Source: Lama guanicoe
Taxonomy: Eukaryota
Direction of reading: 5' to 3'
DNA length: 64,000 nucleotides
Assembly: GCA_013239625.1 (NCBI GenBank)
Contig: MU054413.1
Location: forward strand, 11,703,109 to 11,767,108
Part shown: piece by piece, positions 23,734 to 37,277 of the stretch
Position numbering within the stretch: the first letter of the stretch is position 1
How the letters are laid out: the number at the start of each line of letters is the position of its first letter
Translations under genes and position numbers: made by a program
The notes under the pieces: model-generated
Told to the model about the DNA's origin: nothing
Seen by the model: the letters and a program-made list of their open reading frames with translations, nothing else
Database searches by the model: none

Positions 23734-23957
23734 CAAGGGCATTACTGGCCCATGGTGCCTTTGTGCAAATTATAAAAAGAAGCCCCTTCTTCAAGATACT
23801 TTACGTCCTTGATTTAGTTAGAACAAGACCCTTTACTGCCATCTGCTGGAAATACTCATAATAAATATACAATTCTTTGAGGTCTATGTGAATGATACTT
23901 CCTTTAGGGTGTGTCCTTGTGCAGTATACAACCTGTACAACCATACATGTGGTCCTG
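23734..23957. mobile_element. MER91-like hAT-Tip100 element containing a CTCF-like motif (23834-23852, - strand)
   Basis: caagggc...gtgcctttgtgcaaatt...gtgcagtatacaacctgtacaaccatacatgtggtcctg; reverse complement contains CCAGCAGATGGCAG. Confidence 0.55.
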
Positions 23958-24551
23958 GGAGCCAAAGTGATCTTTTCAAAACACAAATGTAAAAAATGAG
24001 AATCATTAGATTAAAAAAATGCTTAGTGTCAAATGGATAGACTCCATTTTCTGGAAATGATGTATAAATGATAGGTTTTTTGTTACACAATGATTTCATA
24101 AGGTGCCCTGAAATACAACTCTGTTTTAAGACCTACTCATCCTGTCAATTAAAAACTTATTACAGAACATTTTCTCATCATAAAAAGGATTATAAATTAC
24201 TCATTCTCAGTATCTTACATTTACATTGTATCTATTGCTGATGAATACAAAATTCTTTACCAGAATCTGGGGCTAGCTTTTCCAGTCTATTTTTCCCTCA
24301 CTTACATTGGACATGTCAACTGGGGCAATATTTACAGGTTGACCAACTGAAGTATGAATGTGATGTTCATTCTGGGAGGCGTGTGGATGTCTCGGGTGGA
24401 AGGGACCTCCCAGGTGAGCAGGTCAGTGTGCACTTGCTGCCGGATTGTGCAACCTCCTCCAGCAAGCGGGGACTAGAAACACAGTATGGTCTAACATCAT
24501 GATGATGTGTGAGCCTGGGGCTGGTCACACCCCTTCTCAGGATAAAGGTTT

Positions 24552-25334
24552 GTGTGAGTGGGGTGGTGATGGTGAAATTTACCATTATGACCGTTTTTAA
24601 GTGAATAATTCAGTGGCATTAATTACATCCACAGCATTATGCAACCATCACCACTATCTCTAGCACTTTTTCATCATCCTGAATGGAAATGCCATACCCA
24701 TTAAACCATATCTCCCCATCCCATCCCAGCCGCCCCTAAGCCCCAATAATCATCATTCTAGTATCTATGAAATTTGCTACTCTGTCTGTGAATTTTGAGT
24801 GGAATCATACAATATTTGTCCTTTTATATCTGGTTTATTTCANNNNNNNNNNNNNNNNNNNNNNNNNNNNNNNNNNNNNNNNNNNNNNNNNNNNNNNNNN
24901 NNNNNNNNNNNNNNNNNNNNNNNNNNNNNNNNNNNNNNNNNNNNNNNNNNNNNNNNNNNNNNNNNNNNNNNNNNNNNNNNNNNNNNNNNNNNNNNNNNNN
25001 NNNNNNNNNNNNNNNNNNTGTATGAACATTTGTGTATAAGTATCCGTTTAAGCCCCTGATTTCAATTCTTTCGGGCATATATCCAGGAGTGGAATTCCTG
25101 GATCATATGGTAACTATATATTTAACTTTTCCCCCCAATTTTTCAGCTTTACTACTATATATTTAACTTTTTGAGTAACTAACTAAACTGTTTTCCACAG
25201 TGATCACGTCATTTTACATTCCCACCAGCAATGTACAAGGGCTTCGATTTCTTCACATCTTTGACAACTTTGCAATTTCCTTCCTTCCTTCCTTTTTTTT
25301 TCTTTTTTTAAAATAAAAGCCATTCTAGTGGGTG
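24552..25334 (-). mobile_element. L1MB-like 3' fragment with TSD, interrupted by the gap at 24843-25018
   Basis: L1 3' motifs (gagtggaatcatacaatatttgtcc, cattcccaccagcaatgta); TSD tcaggataaaggttt (24537-24551) / tcaggataaggttt (25335-25348). Confidence 0.75.
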
Positions 25335-26802
25335 TCAGGATAAGGTTTCAAATGCATAAAATAAAACGCATAGAATAACAAAGAAAACTGATGACACTTA
25401 AATGTAGTTTCAAAGTATAAAAAAAATCTGGGATATAGTAGTCTATGTGCTTCTTTATTAATACATTAAATAACGAAGTCTAGTGGCAGGTTTAATAACT
25501 ACTGTGATTTGGAAGCAAGGATAAGTGTAAATGATGGTCTACACATTGATCACAATGGGAATACAAAAAGAAAATGTCAGTGATTTCAACTGGTGAACAG
25601 TCTCGGGGTTGCTGACACCACTGTGGTTTGGAGCCCACATTTGTAAAGGAAGGAAATGCTACATTTCAGGTAGTTAGTGAAACTAAAGGTCAATCTAAGG
25701 ACCCAGGCTCATTTATCTTCCGTGTCACACCCTCTCCTGCCCCCCACCTCACCAGCTGTCATCTCTTCTCTCCCCTTCTTCTGGGCCAAATCCCCTAGAA
25801 GAGTCCCCACCTCCGTCCCCACCTCCCACTCCTGAACCCACAGCACTGCGGCTTTAACCCCCACGCCCTCACTGTCCTCACCAAGGTTGCCACAACCTTG
25901 AGATCCTTAGATTTGTGGCCCTTGCCTGGTTTCAAAGGCGTGACCCCTAGAGGTTACTGACTCCCACCTCCTACCCTTGTTCTTGGCACTGGACTCCTAC
26001 CTCTTTCCTCCTTAATCTCTGGCGGCCCTCTGCAGCTTCCTTCACCACCCTTTCTCCCCTACCTGGGCATGCTGGCACCCCTCAGAATAGATCCTGGGTC
26101 CTCCAGTCTTGTCACTGTGCTCTGGGTGATCTTATTCCCTCCCATAGCCCACAATGCCCACATCTGTACCTCCAGCCACAGCCCATTCCTGGGCTCCAGA
26201 CACACCCAGCAGGTCTTCACTCGGTAACAGCAGGAGCCGCACGCACTGAGCTGCTATCAGGTGCCTGAGGCAGTGCCAAGCACTTTGCAGGCATTATCTT
26301 ATGTGGTCCTAGCAGTGACATGAAAGTAAAGCAACACGACTAACAGTTCATAGCTGGTAAGTGGCAGAGCCAGGACCCTGCGTTCCTAGTCACTCCACCC
26401 TCCTGGGCATCTTGGAGACACCAAACCCCGACAGGTCCCCAGCTGAGCCCCTAGTCCCACTTCTGTCTCTCCTCCCTCGTTTCCTATTTCAGTTACAGGC
26501 ACCGTTCTCCATGCATCGGCTACTTTCCTCTTGGCCAGACTTCTTACATGCATTCTCCAATCCTCTTGATTCTGAGTCTACACCTCCAGTCCTCAGTCCG
26601 TGGCAGCTTGGTCTGAAACAAACAGCCAACCCAAGGCTGGAAGGTCTGTGCCACCCTTGATGCCCCTCCCCTTATGCAGTCCATTACTGAGCAGAGCTGG
26701 CCCTGTCCTCCAGACAGCTCCCGCATGTCTGTTTCTTCTCATCACCCCCACTGTGAACCCCTCGTCCTGGCCACTGTCAGTCAATTCTCAAAAGTGACTC
26801 TA

Positions 26803-26916
26803 GGTGAGTGTAGCTCAGTGGTAGAGCATATGCTTAGCATGCACGAGGTCCTGGGTTCAATCCCCAATACCTCCATTTAAAAAATTTATAAATAAACTTA
26901 ATTACATCCCCCCACC
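26803..26916 (+). mobile_element. Vic-1-like tRNA-derived SINE with 12-bp TSD
   Basis: A box tagctcagtgg, B box ggttcaatcc, AT-rich tail; TSD aaagtgactcta (26791-26802 / 26917-26928). Confidence 0.9.
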
Positions 26917-27264
26917 AAAGTGACTCTAAAACAGCCCCCAACTGGTTTCCTGGACTATGATTCTGCTTCCCACCAACTGTTCTCCACCTAAAGCCCAAGC
27001 GAGGCCCCCAGAATGCCACCTCCTCCCTTCGATGCCTCCTCCTGGTGTGTGTGTGCAATTCTCAGGTGGCCCTCAAGGACCTGTCCCCCCCCACCCGCCA
27101 TCTCATCTCCCACTCTTCCCATTTCCCAGCTGTGTCCCAGGTACATGGAAATCCCTCCAGTTTCTGGAAGGGGCCACATACTTCCTCTAAACCTTAGGTT
27201 TCACTCTGGTTCCTCCCCAACCTGACAATCAACCCATCTGAATCTAGCTAACTCCTATTAATTC

Positions 27265-27410
27265 CCCACCCTGGCTGCCCATCAGAATCTTTTGGGGGAG
27301 CTTTAAAAAGTCCTGATGCCTAGAGGTACCCCAGAATCTCTGGGAGTGAGATCCAGGTATCAGGACTTTAAATCAATCACTTTGAGAAAAACCAGGATTG
27401 AGAGCCTGGT
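27265..27410. mobile_element. MER5A-like DNA transposon
   Basis: ccctggctgcccatcagaatc...ggagctttaaaaagtcctgatgcc...ggattgagagcctg. Confidence 0.55.
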
Positions 27411-28189
27411 TTAGGCCGTAATAGCCCTTGCTTTCTGTTAGGCAGCCTCCCCTCTACTTCCCTGCCCACACGCATGTCATCTTCTTGTGTCGTGTTTAAT
27501 GCTCGTGGGCCCTGCTAGAACATAAACCCAGAAAAGGCAACGCCACAGCTGTCTGTTTTCCTTTGTATCCTCAAGGCCTGATCCAAAGGAGAAACTCGGT
27601 CAATATTGTTGTCATGAATGTTGAAGGTCATTTCAAGGGTGACAGGAGGCTTTCACACTTTGAACTCTAAACGAAATCAATTCTTGCCCCCTCCAAAACA
27701 AAACAGCTAACAAAAACCCCACTCTGATTTACTCAGCAATGACCTGCAATAATGATTCATTCCTTCGCCTTAAACTCCTCATCTCATTAAAATGCAATAC
27801 ATCCCCCAAATATGCCACCTTAACGGAATTAGTCATTACACTTTGCCCTGAATGATTTCATCAGCTCTTAATAGAAGAGAGAGGAGCAGAATTACCATTT
27901 ATTGAGTGCATCCTACGCACCAGACATTTTACATACATTGACTCATTAATGGAGTTAAATGAGCTAGCTGGTAAATTGATAAACCAGATTTAAACTGACA
28001 TCTAAGCCCCTGCTCTCAGCTCCAGTCTGAGTTTGGAGGGGAGAAAAAGCACAAAAGGAAGGGAAGGGAAGGACACAGAGGAGACAGGCTGGGTTTGGCC
28101 AGGATTTGACCCAGGACGGTGCTGGATGCCGGGACTGGCCCTGGGGACGGAAGATCATTGGCAAGGGCAACCTTCCAGGCGCCCATCCT

Positions 28190-28848
28190 CTCTTCTCTTA
28201 CATTTCACATCCAACTTGTCAGCAGATATTGTTGGCTTTGCCTTCAGAATACATCAGTCCTCTGACCACTCCTTGAAATCTTCCCTGCCCGCTCCCGGGT
28301 CTTCCCCGGGTCTCTGCCATCGCCTTCCTGCTGCTTTCCCCGCTTCCTCTCTGTATCACCCTCCCCGCAGGGTCAGATCCCTTCCGCTTCTGCCCAAAAC
28401 CCTCCAGAGCTCCCATTATAAGCTCTTATCCCACCAGCCCATTCTCCCTCAGGCCTCATTTACGGTCCAAGCTCCCTCCCTCCCCCAGCTCCAGCTCTCT
28501 GTCCCCACCGCTGCTCCTCAGCCTCTCCTTCCCTCTGCCCCGAGGGCCTCCCCCCAGACTTCCACATGCCTCCTCCCTGACCTCCTTCAGATGCCAGCCC
28601 CTCACTGCGGCCTCCCCCCAGTTCCCTGCTTCCTGGAACAGCCTGTCTCCTCTCCTGCTTTATTTGTCTCCAAGCGCATATCACTGATGCACCGCATACA
28701 CTGCATTCCTTTGCCTGCTGTTTCTCCCTCCTGAATGCATTCTGCTTGAAGGCAGGGACTCCTGTCTGTCTCGGTCTCTGCTATATCCTCAGCATCTTAG
28801 ATGACATCTAGCATATAGCAGGTGCTCAATAAATGTTGAGTGAATGAA
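28190..28848 (+). mobile_element. L2 LINE 3' fragment
   Basis: C-rich body; 3' end gaaggcagggact...tagcaggtgctcaataaatgttgagtgaatgaa. Confidence 0.75.
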
Positions 28849-29584
28849 AGATTATGAGAAACAGGGTGACATTCGACTTTGAGAGACAAGAGAAATCTTT
28901 AAGGATGTGCTGGCTCCAAGTCCAGAAAGTGACATTCAGGCTACAGTATGCATTGCTGTGAGGTCTGGTGGCTCTAATCCAAGATAACTGAAGAAGCATA
29001 TACATGGCCCAATGCTATTATCAGGGAAGAGTCTAAGGACTTACTGTGCGCACTGACGGGTAGATGCTCAACAAATCTTTGTTGAATGAATGAAAAGGCA
29101 AACATAAGCTTTTTCACCTAATATACCCGAACCAAAGAAAAACAGAGTCGCCAACGGTTGAAAAAGCTACATTTTATCCTATTATGCATGGTTTAGATGT
29201 TCGCCAAGTGGAGGCACAGGAAGTACTAATTATTTTGATGATACAAACATTACAATGGGGCAGTGAAGTGAAGCAGAAAATGTACGGCTTAGGGTTGAAG
29301 GACCTCAGGGAACCCCAGCTCCCCGCTTGGAGGCTGTGGAATCTCTGGGTTACTTAAGGTCTTCTAGTATCAGTGCGTGATATGGACCTGATGGGTTGTT
29401 TTAAAGCTTCAGCCACCGTTTTCAAAGTTCCCCCTCTCCCTCCAAGCCAGGAGACTTTCCCTTCAGATTCCTGGATCCAATTCCAGACCCAGTGGATCAG
29501 ACCCCCGGCGTGCAGCCAGGAACTTGCATTTTAAACAAGCGTCCTCCAGGCCTTAGACTTGCAGCTGAAAGACTGCCTGCAATC

Positions 29585-29725
29585 TTGCTCCTCCCCGAGG
29601 CCCCTGGGCCAGCGGTGTCAGCATCACTTGGGAGCGTGTTACAAACGCAGAATCTCAGGCCCCACCCCTGACCTTGTTGACAAGATCCCTGGAATGATCT
29701 CTACTTGAAAAGGACTGCTCCACAG
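29585..29725. mobile_element. MER5A-like DNA transposon
   Basis: cagcatcacttgggagcgtgttacaaacgcagaatctcaggccccaccc. Confidence 0.65.
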
Positions 29726-31017
29726 CACTTGATTGGTTTGACTTTCAGGGCTCCTCAGCCCTTCTCTCCAACCTCCTGAAGGATCCTCCTGAAAACCTTC
29801 TAGCCCAAGAACCAGCCTTTCATTTCACAAGAGAAAGACTCAAGATGCTGAGGTCTGCCTGACGGAAGCGCAGGGGGAGAAGGCGGATCACGCAAACCTC
29901 TCATTGGCACGTGCTGCTGGGTGAGCAGGGAGGACCAAGAGGACAGAACAGGGCCCAGCAGCTAAAGAGGCGGCAGCGGCCGCTCTTGAGGGAGAAACAG
30001 GAGGGAGAGAGCGATCTGGGGACAGAGACTGGGTCCAGCCATGCCCCCGGGGGTCTTCATGCTGTGGCTGCAGGGGGCTCAGCTTCCCAGGTACACAGCT
30101 TGGGGAGGCTTGCTTTTTACCCCGTGGACTTACCCAGGATTTAATCCTGGTGTCTGAGGAATTTGTTAACCTTGGGCAAAGTCAGAGACTTGTTGCTCAT
30201 GGCTAAAAATGACCCCTCAAGGAACTAATCACATTTCTTTATACATTTTTATTCTTACATATTTTATATCTGTGTGTAGATACATATATTTAAAAGTAGC
30301 CTCTGTGTTGTGAAGTTCGGTTTCTGTTTAACAAAGACATAGGACAGCAACAACAAAGAAGCTTAAATAGAAAGCTACCCAACTATATAAAGAACGTACA
30401 CCGCAACAATGTCATCTTTTAGCAAAAAAATAATTTTAACAACTAATATAGGAAACAATTTCCTATGCACCCACTGTAGACGGAGAACCATCTCTATGAG
30501 GGGGAGTCAAGTTAGAACGTTACAGGCCTCACAGAGCAGCTGCCGATGCCTTTGGTGCTGGGGTCAGCATTGTTTAAGGATGTTGAGTCCCAGTTTCAAA
30601 ACAGCAGGAGAACTGATGTTTAGTGGGGACACAGGTAAAGGTGGAGACCCCTGCTGCGAAATGACAGCAAGCCCCATCTTCCCCATAGTTTGTCTTCTGC
30701 GGGAACCCAGAAATTTACATGTTCCATTTGTCTACGGCAAGACACACTTTCTTTGGGGCTGGTCTAGAAAGGCCACTTTATTGTGGACTCTCTTCCCTCC
30801 TTGTTGATCCTCTGTTTCTATGCCCTCTTCCCTCCTGTAAAGCCTTCAGGAGTTGGTTTTAGCCAAGTAGCCACGCTGAACCCCCATCACTGCCCACAGT
30901 GGCCTTGAGACAGCCACAGGGTGAATCAAAGCTTCCTTGCGCAGCCTGTGTGAGGAGGGCCACACAGAGGGAGGGGGGGATTTGGGAGTGGGTCACCTGC
31001 CTGTGGGGTCACATTAC

Positions 31018-31189
31018 CTGCCAGGTATTCGATGACTGCGGCCATGTAGACGGGAGCACCCACGCTGATTCGGTACTTGAACGTCCCTTTCTTCAGGTAA
31101 CGCATCAGCCTCCCCACCGGGAAGATGACCCCAGCCCTGGCTGAACGTGACAGCTTGGACATTTTCTTCTTCCCGCTCCGGCCCGACAT
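31018..31189 (-). CDS. MACROH2A2: macroH2A2 first coding exon (exon 2); the 8 coding exons total 1119 nt = 372 aa + stop
   Basis: ATG at 31189; [57 protein letters not shown]; GCA G|gtaatg. Confidence 0.98.
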
Positions 31190-31248
31190 CTTGCCTCAGT
31201 TTCCCTCTCAGCTTGCTGACACGGTGGCCTCCTGGCACTAAGTCAGTG
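31190..31248 (-). other. MACROH2A2: 5' UTR part of MACROH2A2 exon 2
   Basis: Strong acceptor ctttcctttccag| at 31249, 59 nt before the ATG. Confidence 0.8.
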
Positions 31249-31500
31249 CTGGAAAGGAAAGATGGTGGGGTGAGGAAGGGCGACTGGCTGACATCTTGGG
31301 AATGGTGGCGCGGCCCTAGAGCCCAGGTGACACACCTGAAGGGCCTGGGGAGGCAGCTGAGACCGGGCTGGCCCTACAGGGTGCTGTGGGTGGGCGGGGA
31401 GCTGGGCACCGGCAGGCCGACCCCAAAACAACTCCCCGCCCCATCAAGCTCTCAGTAGGAAAGACCACAAAACTGTCAGGAGAGAAAGAGCTCACAGTCC

Positions 31501-31890
31501 TGTAGTCAGCCTCCAAAGAGGTCCACTTCATCATCTCCAGAACCTGTGAATCTGTGACTTGCATGGCAAAAGAGACCTTGGAGATGTGATTAAGCAAAGG
31601 ATCTTAAGATGGGGGTGATGATCCTGGATCATCTGGGTGGGCCTAATGTAATTGCAAGGGTCCTTTTAAGAGGGAGGCTGGAGATGAAAGCAGTGACAGG
31701 ATGACAGGAGGAAATGGATTCTCCTTGCAGAACCTCCCGAAGGAACCAGCCCTGCTGACACCTTCGTTTTAGCCCATTGAAAGTGACTTTGGACTTCTGA
31801 CCTCCAGAACTGTAGGAGAAGAAATCTGTATGGCTTTAAGCTACTAAATTTGGGGGTAATTGGTAATAGCAGCAATAAGAAAACTAATAT
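31501..31890 (+). mobile_element. MLT1 (MLT1D-like) MaLR solo LTR
   Basis: ggcaaaagagaccttggagatgtgattaag...ttctgacctccagaactgt...agcagcaataagaaaactaat. Confidence 0.8.
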
Positions 31891-34800
31891 GGTTCCTCTT
31901 TGCCCTAATTTGCTTCTGCCTCTTTTAATACACAGTACAAACTTGATATGGACACACCTATCGTCATGGTTAGCTTTGACCAACAACTCAGATTTGATGT
32001 ACACTTGTCAGTTGGAAACACTTTTCTCAATTCTCCAATAATGTAGCATTCTTAAAAACAGAAACATGCCAGAAGACGCATTTTTATTGAACATGCTAAT
32101 GCAGAGTAAGCAAGCACAGCAAATTAAAAGCCATAAGGCAACCCAAGCTTTTGCTCCTTGGGTTGAGGAACCCAGGCTGATTTGGGGGAGAAACTTCAGA
32201 ATTAGCACAAAGAGGTGACTTCAGTGTAATGCACTGAGAGACATGTATACGTCACTATTATTTCAGGAAGCTATCTTTTGTGTGAAGATAAAATAATTAT
32301 ATACTTCTGAAAAAGTCTTTGTAAGCTAAAAGTGATTCAGAGAATTGTAAGAGAGCTTAACCTGTTTTTGGAGGGAGTATTGTCACCAAAAAGGGAATCG
32401 AAGCTAGAATAAATAAAAGTAAATTACAAAGGACAGATGAGCAAAGAAAAGGAAACAGAAAAGTTCTAGGAAATATGTTAATGAATTAAAGCTCTCTGGC
32501 TCAAGGGCAACATCAGTCCCAGTGGCCATTTTCTTTGGGGGTGGAAAATGAGAAAATCAAAAATTAATTAAAATTGGTTCTATCTGTTGATGCAGCCATC
32601 TCAGATTTTGGCTAAGTGAGCTTACCAACAGCCAAGATGGCAAGGAAGAGGCCTAAGAAAATGGGTAGAAATATTATGGGAGAAAATGCTAAATAAACAC
32701 ATGGCTGATAGGAATGATTCAAACCTGGGATTTATTTAGTCTGAATGGAAGAATGAACACAGAGTTTAATTTTCCAAAGTATCCAATTACTCCATATGAC
32801 TGAGGAGTGTTTTATAAAAGCTAGGGAATTAGCAACAAACCCTATTCTCAACACCCTCTTATCCCTGAGGCGAATGATTCAGGTTGGAGGCATTTTACTA
32901 CATACTTCACATAAATTATTTTTGGATGCTCATATGTACTTACTACACTCTTATTTTATGTTTCATTTTACCACCAAGAGATGTAGATATTCATCAAAGT
33001 TAAGTACAGGCAAAGATGAGCAAATAGCCTAAGAACATGATCCCTTTCACAGCAAGGCATAGGGATAAACCAGTATCACCGTTTTTAGAACTTGCACATT
33101 TCTGCGCTTTTGCTGTGAACTCTCATAAATCCATTTACAGCTATTCTCTCTTTGATGAAGCAAGCAGCTGCATATTAGGATTATAACCATCAATTCATGC
33201 TGAAAAAACTTAGGTCAGGAGTCAGAAACTGTACAGAATATCCGCTGGTGGTCAGCCCTGTCCCGGGGGACAGGGGACACGTACAGCAGCGTTAAAGGGT
33301 CCCTGTTCTCAGGGACAGCTACATGGCACATGTTGGCTAGCTGGTGGTGGTGTTCAGAAGGGAGGTGGCCCCTGGTACAGTGGAAAGAGCTTGGGGCCAG
33401 GCAGGAAGCCCTGGGCGTGGTCCCACCTGTAAGGACCAGCTGTGTGAGCGCTGGGTGTCACTTATGTGGGCCTCAGCTGTAAAACAGGGAGGTGACTGAT
33501 TGAGCCTGAAAATCTCTCTGGTCTTAAACATTCCAACTTTTGGAAATGCACCTTCAATGGTTCTGGAAAAGAAGCTTAATCTCTTTAAGAAGTGAGTTCT
33601 AAAGAGGTAAGAGCCTGTGCTGGCGTAGAAAGATATGTCAGTACTGGTGTCGCCACAAAGCCAAGTATGTGCTTTTCTGCAGTTACTGGTAAGTAGGGGG
33701 AGGGGAGGATTAGAGGTCTGGTTGCTGAGGAAACCACCTGCAAAGCCCGTCACAGGATGGACACGCTCTGTGGATGCGATGCGCGCTGGATGGTCATCAT
33801 CTCTCCTGCAGAGAGAAACCCCAGGGAGTACGGACACCGCAAGAGCGAGCCGCCTGGTCCCCCCATCTCCAATACGTTTTTCTCAAATGAAAACAGACAG
33901 GGGAAGACCAGGAGTGTAGGATAAAGCCACCCAGGGACTTTCCCAATGTCAGTCGAGCGGAGTTACAAATTGCCCTGAAACTTGGAAATCAGGGCTGGCC
34001 CTAGAGGGAAAACAGGGGACTTGAGGGGGTTGATGCCTAACACGTTCATGAAGATAAAACAGCCAAGAAAGGAAAGCCGGGGTTAGAGCAAATGGAAGAA
34101 GACGCGCGCTGAATACTGTAAACGGTAATATTCAGGAATCACCCCCAGCACAGCACTTTGTTATAGGACTTTCTTTCTTTTTCTTCCAGACTTGCCTCTA
34201 GGTTAGGGCCTTAGAAAGAGCTGTGGATGCAGCGCCATTTGAAGCCTAGGCCTGAGACCGACTGTTTCATGTGCTTTAGTAGAACCGGAGCTTTCTTGGT
34301 GCCTGGGGACCCATCTTTTCAGACATCCTGCTGAGTGCAAGCAGCTGGGTGCCTGACTCCCGGCCCTGAGGACTGGGAGACCCCTGCACATTGGAAGAAT
34401 CAGACCACCTCCGCGGACCCTTCAGGGCAGCAGAGGAGGCTCACAGGAGCCAACATGTCACACCTGCCGGAACCATGGGTGGGAGGCAGTGCTGTGCCTC
34501 CTTGGACCCCTCGAAAGAAGACCCTGCTTCCTAAAGCCCACCTGCCCCCCAGCCCGTGCTGGAATCTGCCTGGAGTGGTGAAAATGATAACCCCTAACTT
34601 CCTTCTTTTCCAGGCCAGCCCTTCCCCTGACTCTATGCAATCTTGGGAAATCAGGAGTTAAACATTTTGAATGGGTTTTACCTACTTTCTGTGATTTTGA
34701 ATCTTTGCATAGGGCCACTCATCGAAAGAGAAAAGAACTATTGCAATGTGAAATTTGTTTCCATCAGACTGATATTTAAATGTTTACATTTATTTACCTT

Positions 34801-35622
34801 CTGCTCTAAAACAAGTTTTGTTCTAATTAGGCAAAGCTTAAGGACTATAGTACCTGATGTTTGTTTATAGGTTTGAAGAAAGAATACGGCTGGACGAAGC
34901 TCTTCCAGTAGTCATACAGACTATGTGGGGAACTTAGGAGGAACTGAGAACCAGACAGGATACAACCTAGGTCCACAATATACCCATCCTTCCATATCTG
35001 CAAGACCAAGGTACAGCCAAGGTGTAAATTCTCATAATTACTCGCAAAGTGAATAGGAGAGTTCTAAGCACGTTAAGTGGTGGTGATGGGGGGAACAGGA
35101 AAATAAACTCGAAACTCAGGGAAGAAGCTGGGAGAAGGCGGTGTCGCCTGCTCACTCCCTTTCATCACCAGGAGCCCAGCAGTTGGGAGACCACTGGTTT
35201 TGTGTGTGCTGGGGAAGCGGGTATATCGGCCTCTGTTGTTTTGGGATTTATTTTTATGTTTGGGTTTTAAGCCCATAAGAACACCGATGAAATTAGGTTT
35301 TTACAGATATCGCAAGGGTAAATATTAAATTGCAGCACTGACTCAGACATGGGCAATAAACTCACACCAGCCTATTCAAATAACTACTGTATTTCATTGA
35401 TTTTATGATGTACTTTAAAAAAAATTTTACTATCTCTAGAAATCAGTATGCATCTTGCAATCTATGACATCATAGATTAAATGAAAGACAGTATTTATGG
35501 AGCATTTATCGAATAAGAAACTACATTAGATGCTGTGGAATAGACATGGCCCTTGTCCTCAAATATTTTCCAATGAAGTTGCGTGACAGATCATAATAAA
35601 GTTTTAGACAGATGCTAGAGCC

Positions 35623-36150
35623 ACAGTTCCCAAACTGTGTGCCAAGGGACCTGGGACACAGCAGTGGATGTTTAAGCTTTCAAGTGAAATACAGTGATGG
35701 TCGACCTCTGCTGGTCCCCACAACTACCAGCTCCTTGTGGTTCACGGTAGATTGTACTGTTCCTTTTGGTAATGCCATTACTTTGCAAAGTTTGAGGTTT
35801 TGGCTGTTGCTGTGGTTAAAAGCAAGTGCCAGGTGAAAATCAACATGGAACAGAAAATTTGAGTGGTGGTGTCCAACTGGATTCCAAGATTGGAGAAGCT
35901 GTGTAGTGCCCAACAGGTGTATACATCCTCTTTGTAATTCACCATAGTTATTTAAGAATGGGATGCAAATATTCTCTGTTCTTCTAATTCATGTATTATT
36001 ATTTTTTCAAACAGCTGTGAAATTGTTTGGACAGAAACACTTATTAAGTTGTTGGGACCTACCACTTAATAAATGGGACGGAAGGCATTTCTTCTGGCCT
36101 TGGAGGCTCTGCGAAACAATGGTGGAGATCCTAAGTTCTCTGTGAACTTA
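35623..36150. mobile_element. hAT-Charlie-type DNA transposon remnant
   Basis: cagttcccaaactgtgtgccaagg terminus; aaaatcaacatggaacagaaaatt...ttccaagattggagaagctgtg. Confidence 0.5.
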
Positions 36151-36831
36151 CACAAGCTTAAACATATCATTACGACGAGCTCAGGGTCACCCCGAGGCCA
36201 GGAAAACAAGAAAGTTAAAGAAGTTATTTTAAAATTTGAATTTATCTTTAAATCTAATATTTGCACCTAGTAAAGCAAAGCAAAAAGATGAAAAAATGTA
36301 TTATTTTAATTTCTCCACTGTTTGCCTTGAAAACTTTAAATAATACATGTCAATCCCTATTTCTGACTCCACCACCTTCAGGTACTGTCTGCTGAGCCGC
36401 TGTCATGTAAGATGGGGCTGTGTGCTCCTGCGTCCTTCCCTGGCCCTCTCCTCCCGACTACACCTCCCTACTTCCACCTCTAACTTCTATACTTTCCACT
36501 ATCCTGACTTGTAACATTTGTATTTTGTTCTGTAATCACAACGAAATCTCCCACATTTTGTCCCTAGGTTTAATTGTGAAAGTTAAATGCCAATGCACAG
36601 CATCTATATGATTAAGACTTTGTAAACGTTGTTCCCTTCGGAGTTGAGTGGGATGCTAGCTTCACACTTCCTTCTCTGTGGTCCAACACTAGGACCCTTT
36701 TGTCTTGGTATCAAGAAGTGGATTCTCTTGGTTCTGAAAACTTGTTGTTCAAAATCATCCCACATTTAACTTGGCTTCCCATTTGGATCACGTCTTTCTT
36801 GGAGAGCCTCCCCCACTTGACCAAGTTACTA

Positions 36832-37271
36832 CAGGCATGCCTTGGAGACACTGTGGGTACAGCTCCAGAACACCCCAGTAAAATGNNNNNNNNNNNNNNN
36901 NNNNNNNNNNNNNNNNNNNNNNNNNNNNNNNNNNNNNNNNNNNNNNNNNNNNNNNNNNNNNNNNNNNNNNNNNNNNNNNNNNNNNNNNNNNNNNNNNNNN
37001 NNNNNNNNNNNNNNNNNNNNNNNNNNNNNNNNNNNNNNNNNNNNNNNNNNNNNNNNNNNNNNNNNNNNNNNNNNNNNNNNNNNNNNNNNNNNNNNNNNNN
37101 NNNNNNNNNNNNNNNNNNNNNNNNNNNNNNNNNNNNNNNNNNNNNNNNNNNNNNNNNNNNNNNNNNNNNNNNNNNNNNNNNNNNNNNNNNNNNNNNNNGC
37201 TGCCACAAATCTTCGCTTTGTATATAAAAAAGGACAATATCTGCAAAGCTCAATAAAATAAAGTACGTCTG
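36832..37271. mobile_element. Tigger1-like TcMar DNA transposon; interior lies in the gap 36886-37198
   Basis: ta|caggcatgccttggagacactgtggg...gctcaataaaataaagtacgtctg|ta; TA target sites. Confidence 0.75.
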
Positions 37272-37277
37272 TAATTA

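Noticed and set aside
26803-26876. tRNA gene
   Set aside because: It has A and B boxes but also an AT-rich tail, TSDs and three related copies in the window, so it is a SINE.
28033-28734. 233-aa ORF
   Set aside because: Overlaps C-rich degenerate L2 sequence, is low complexity and lacks an ATG start.
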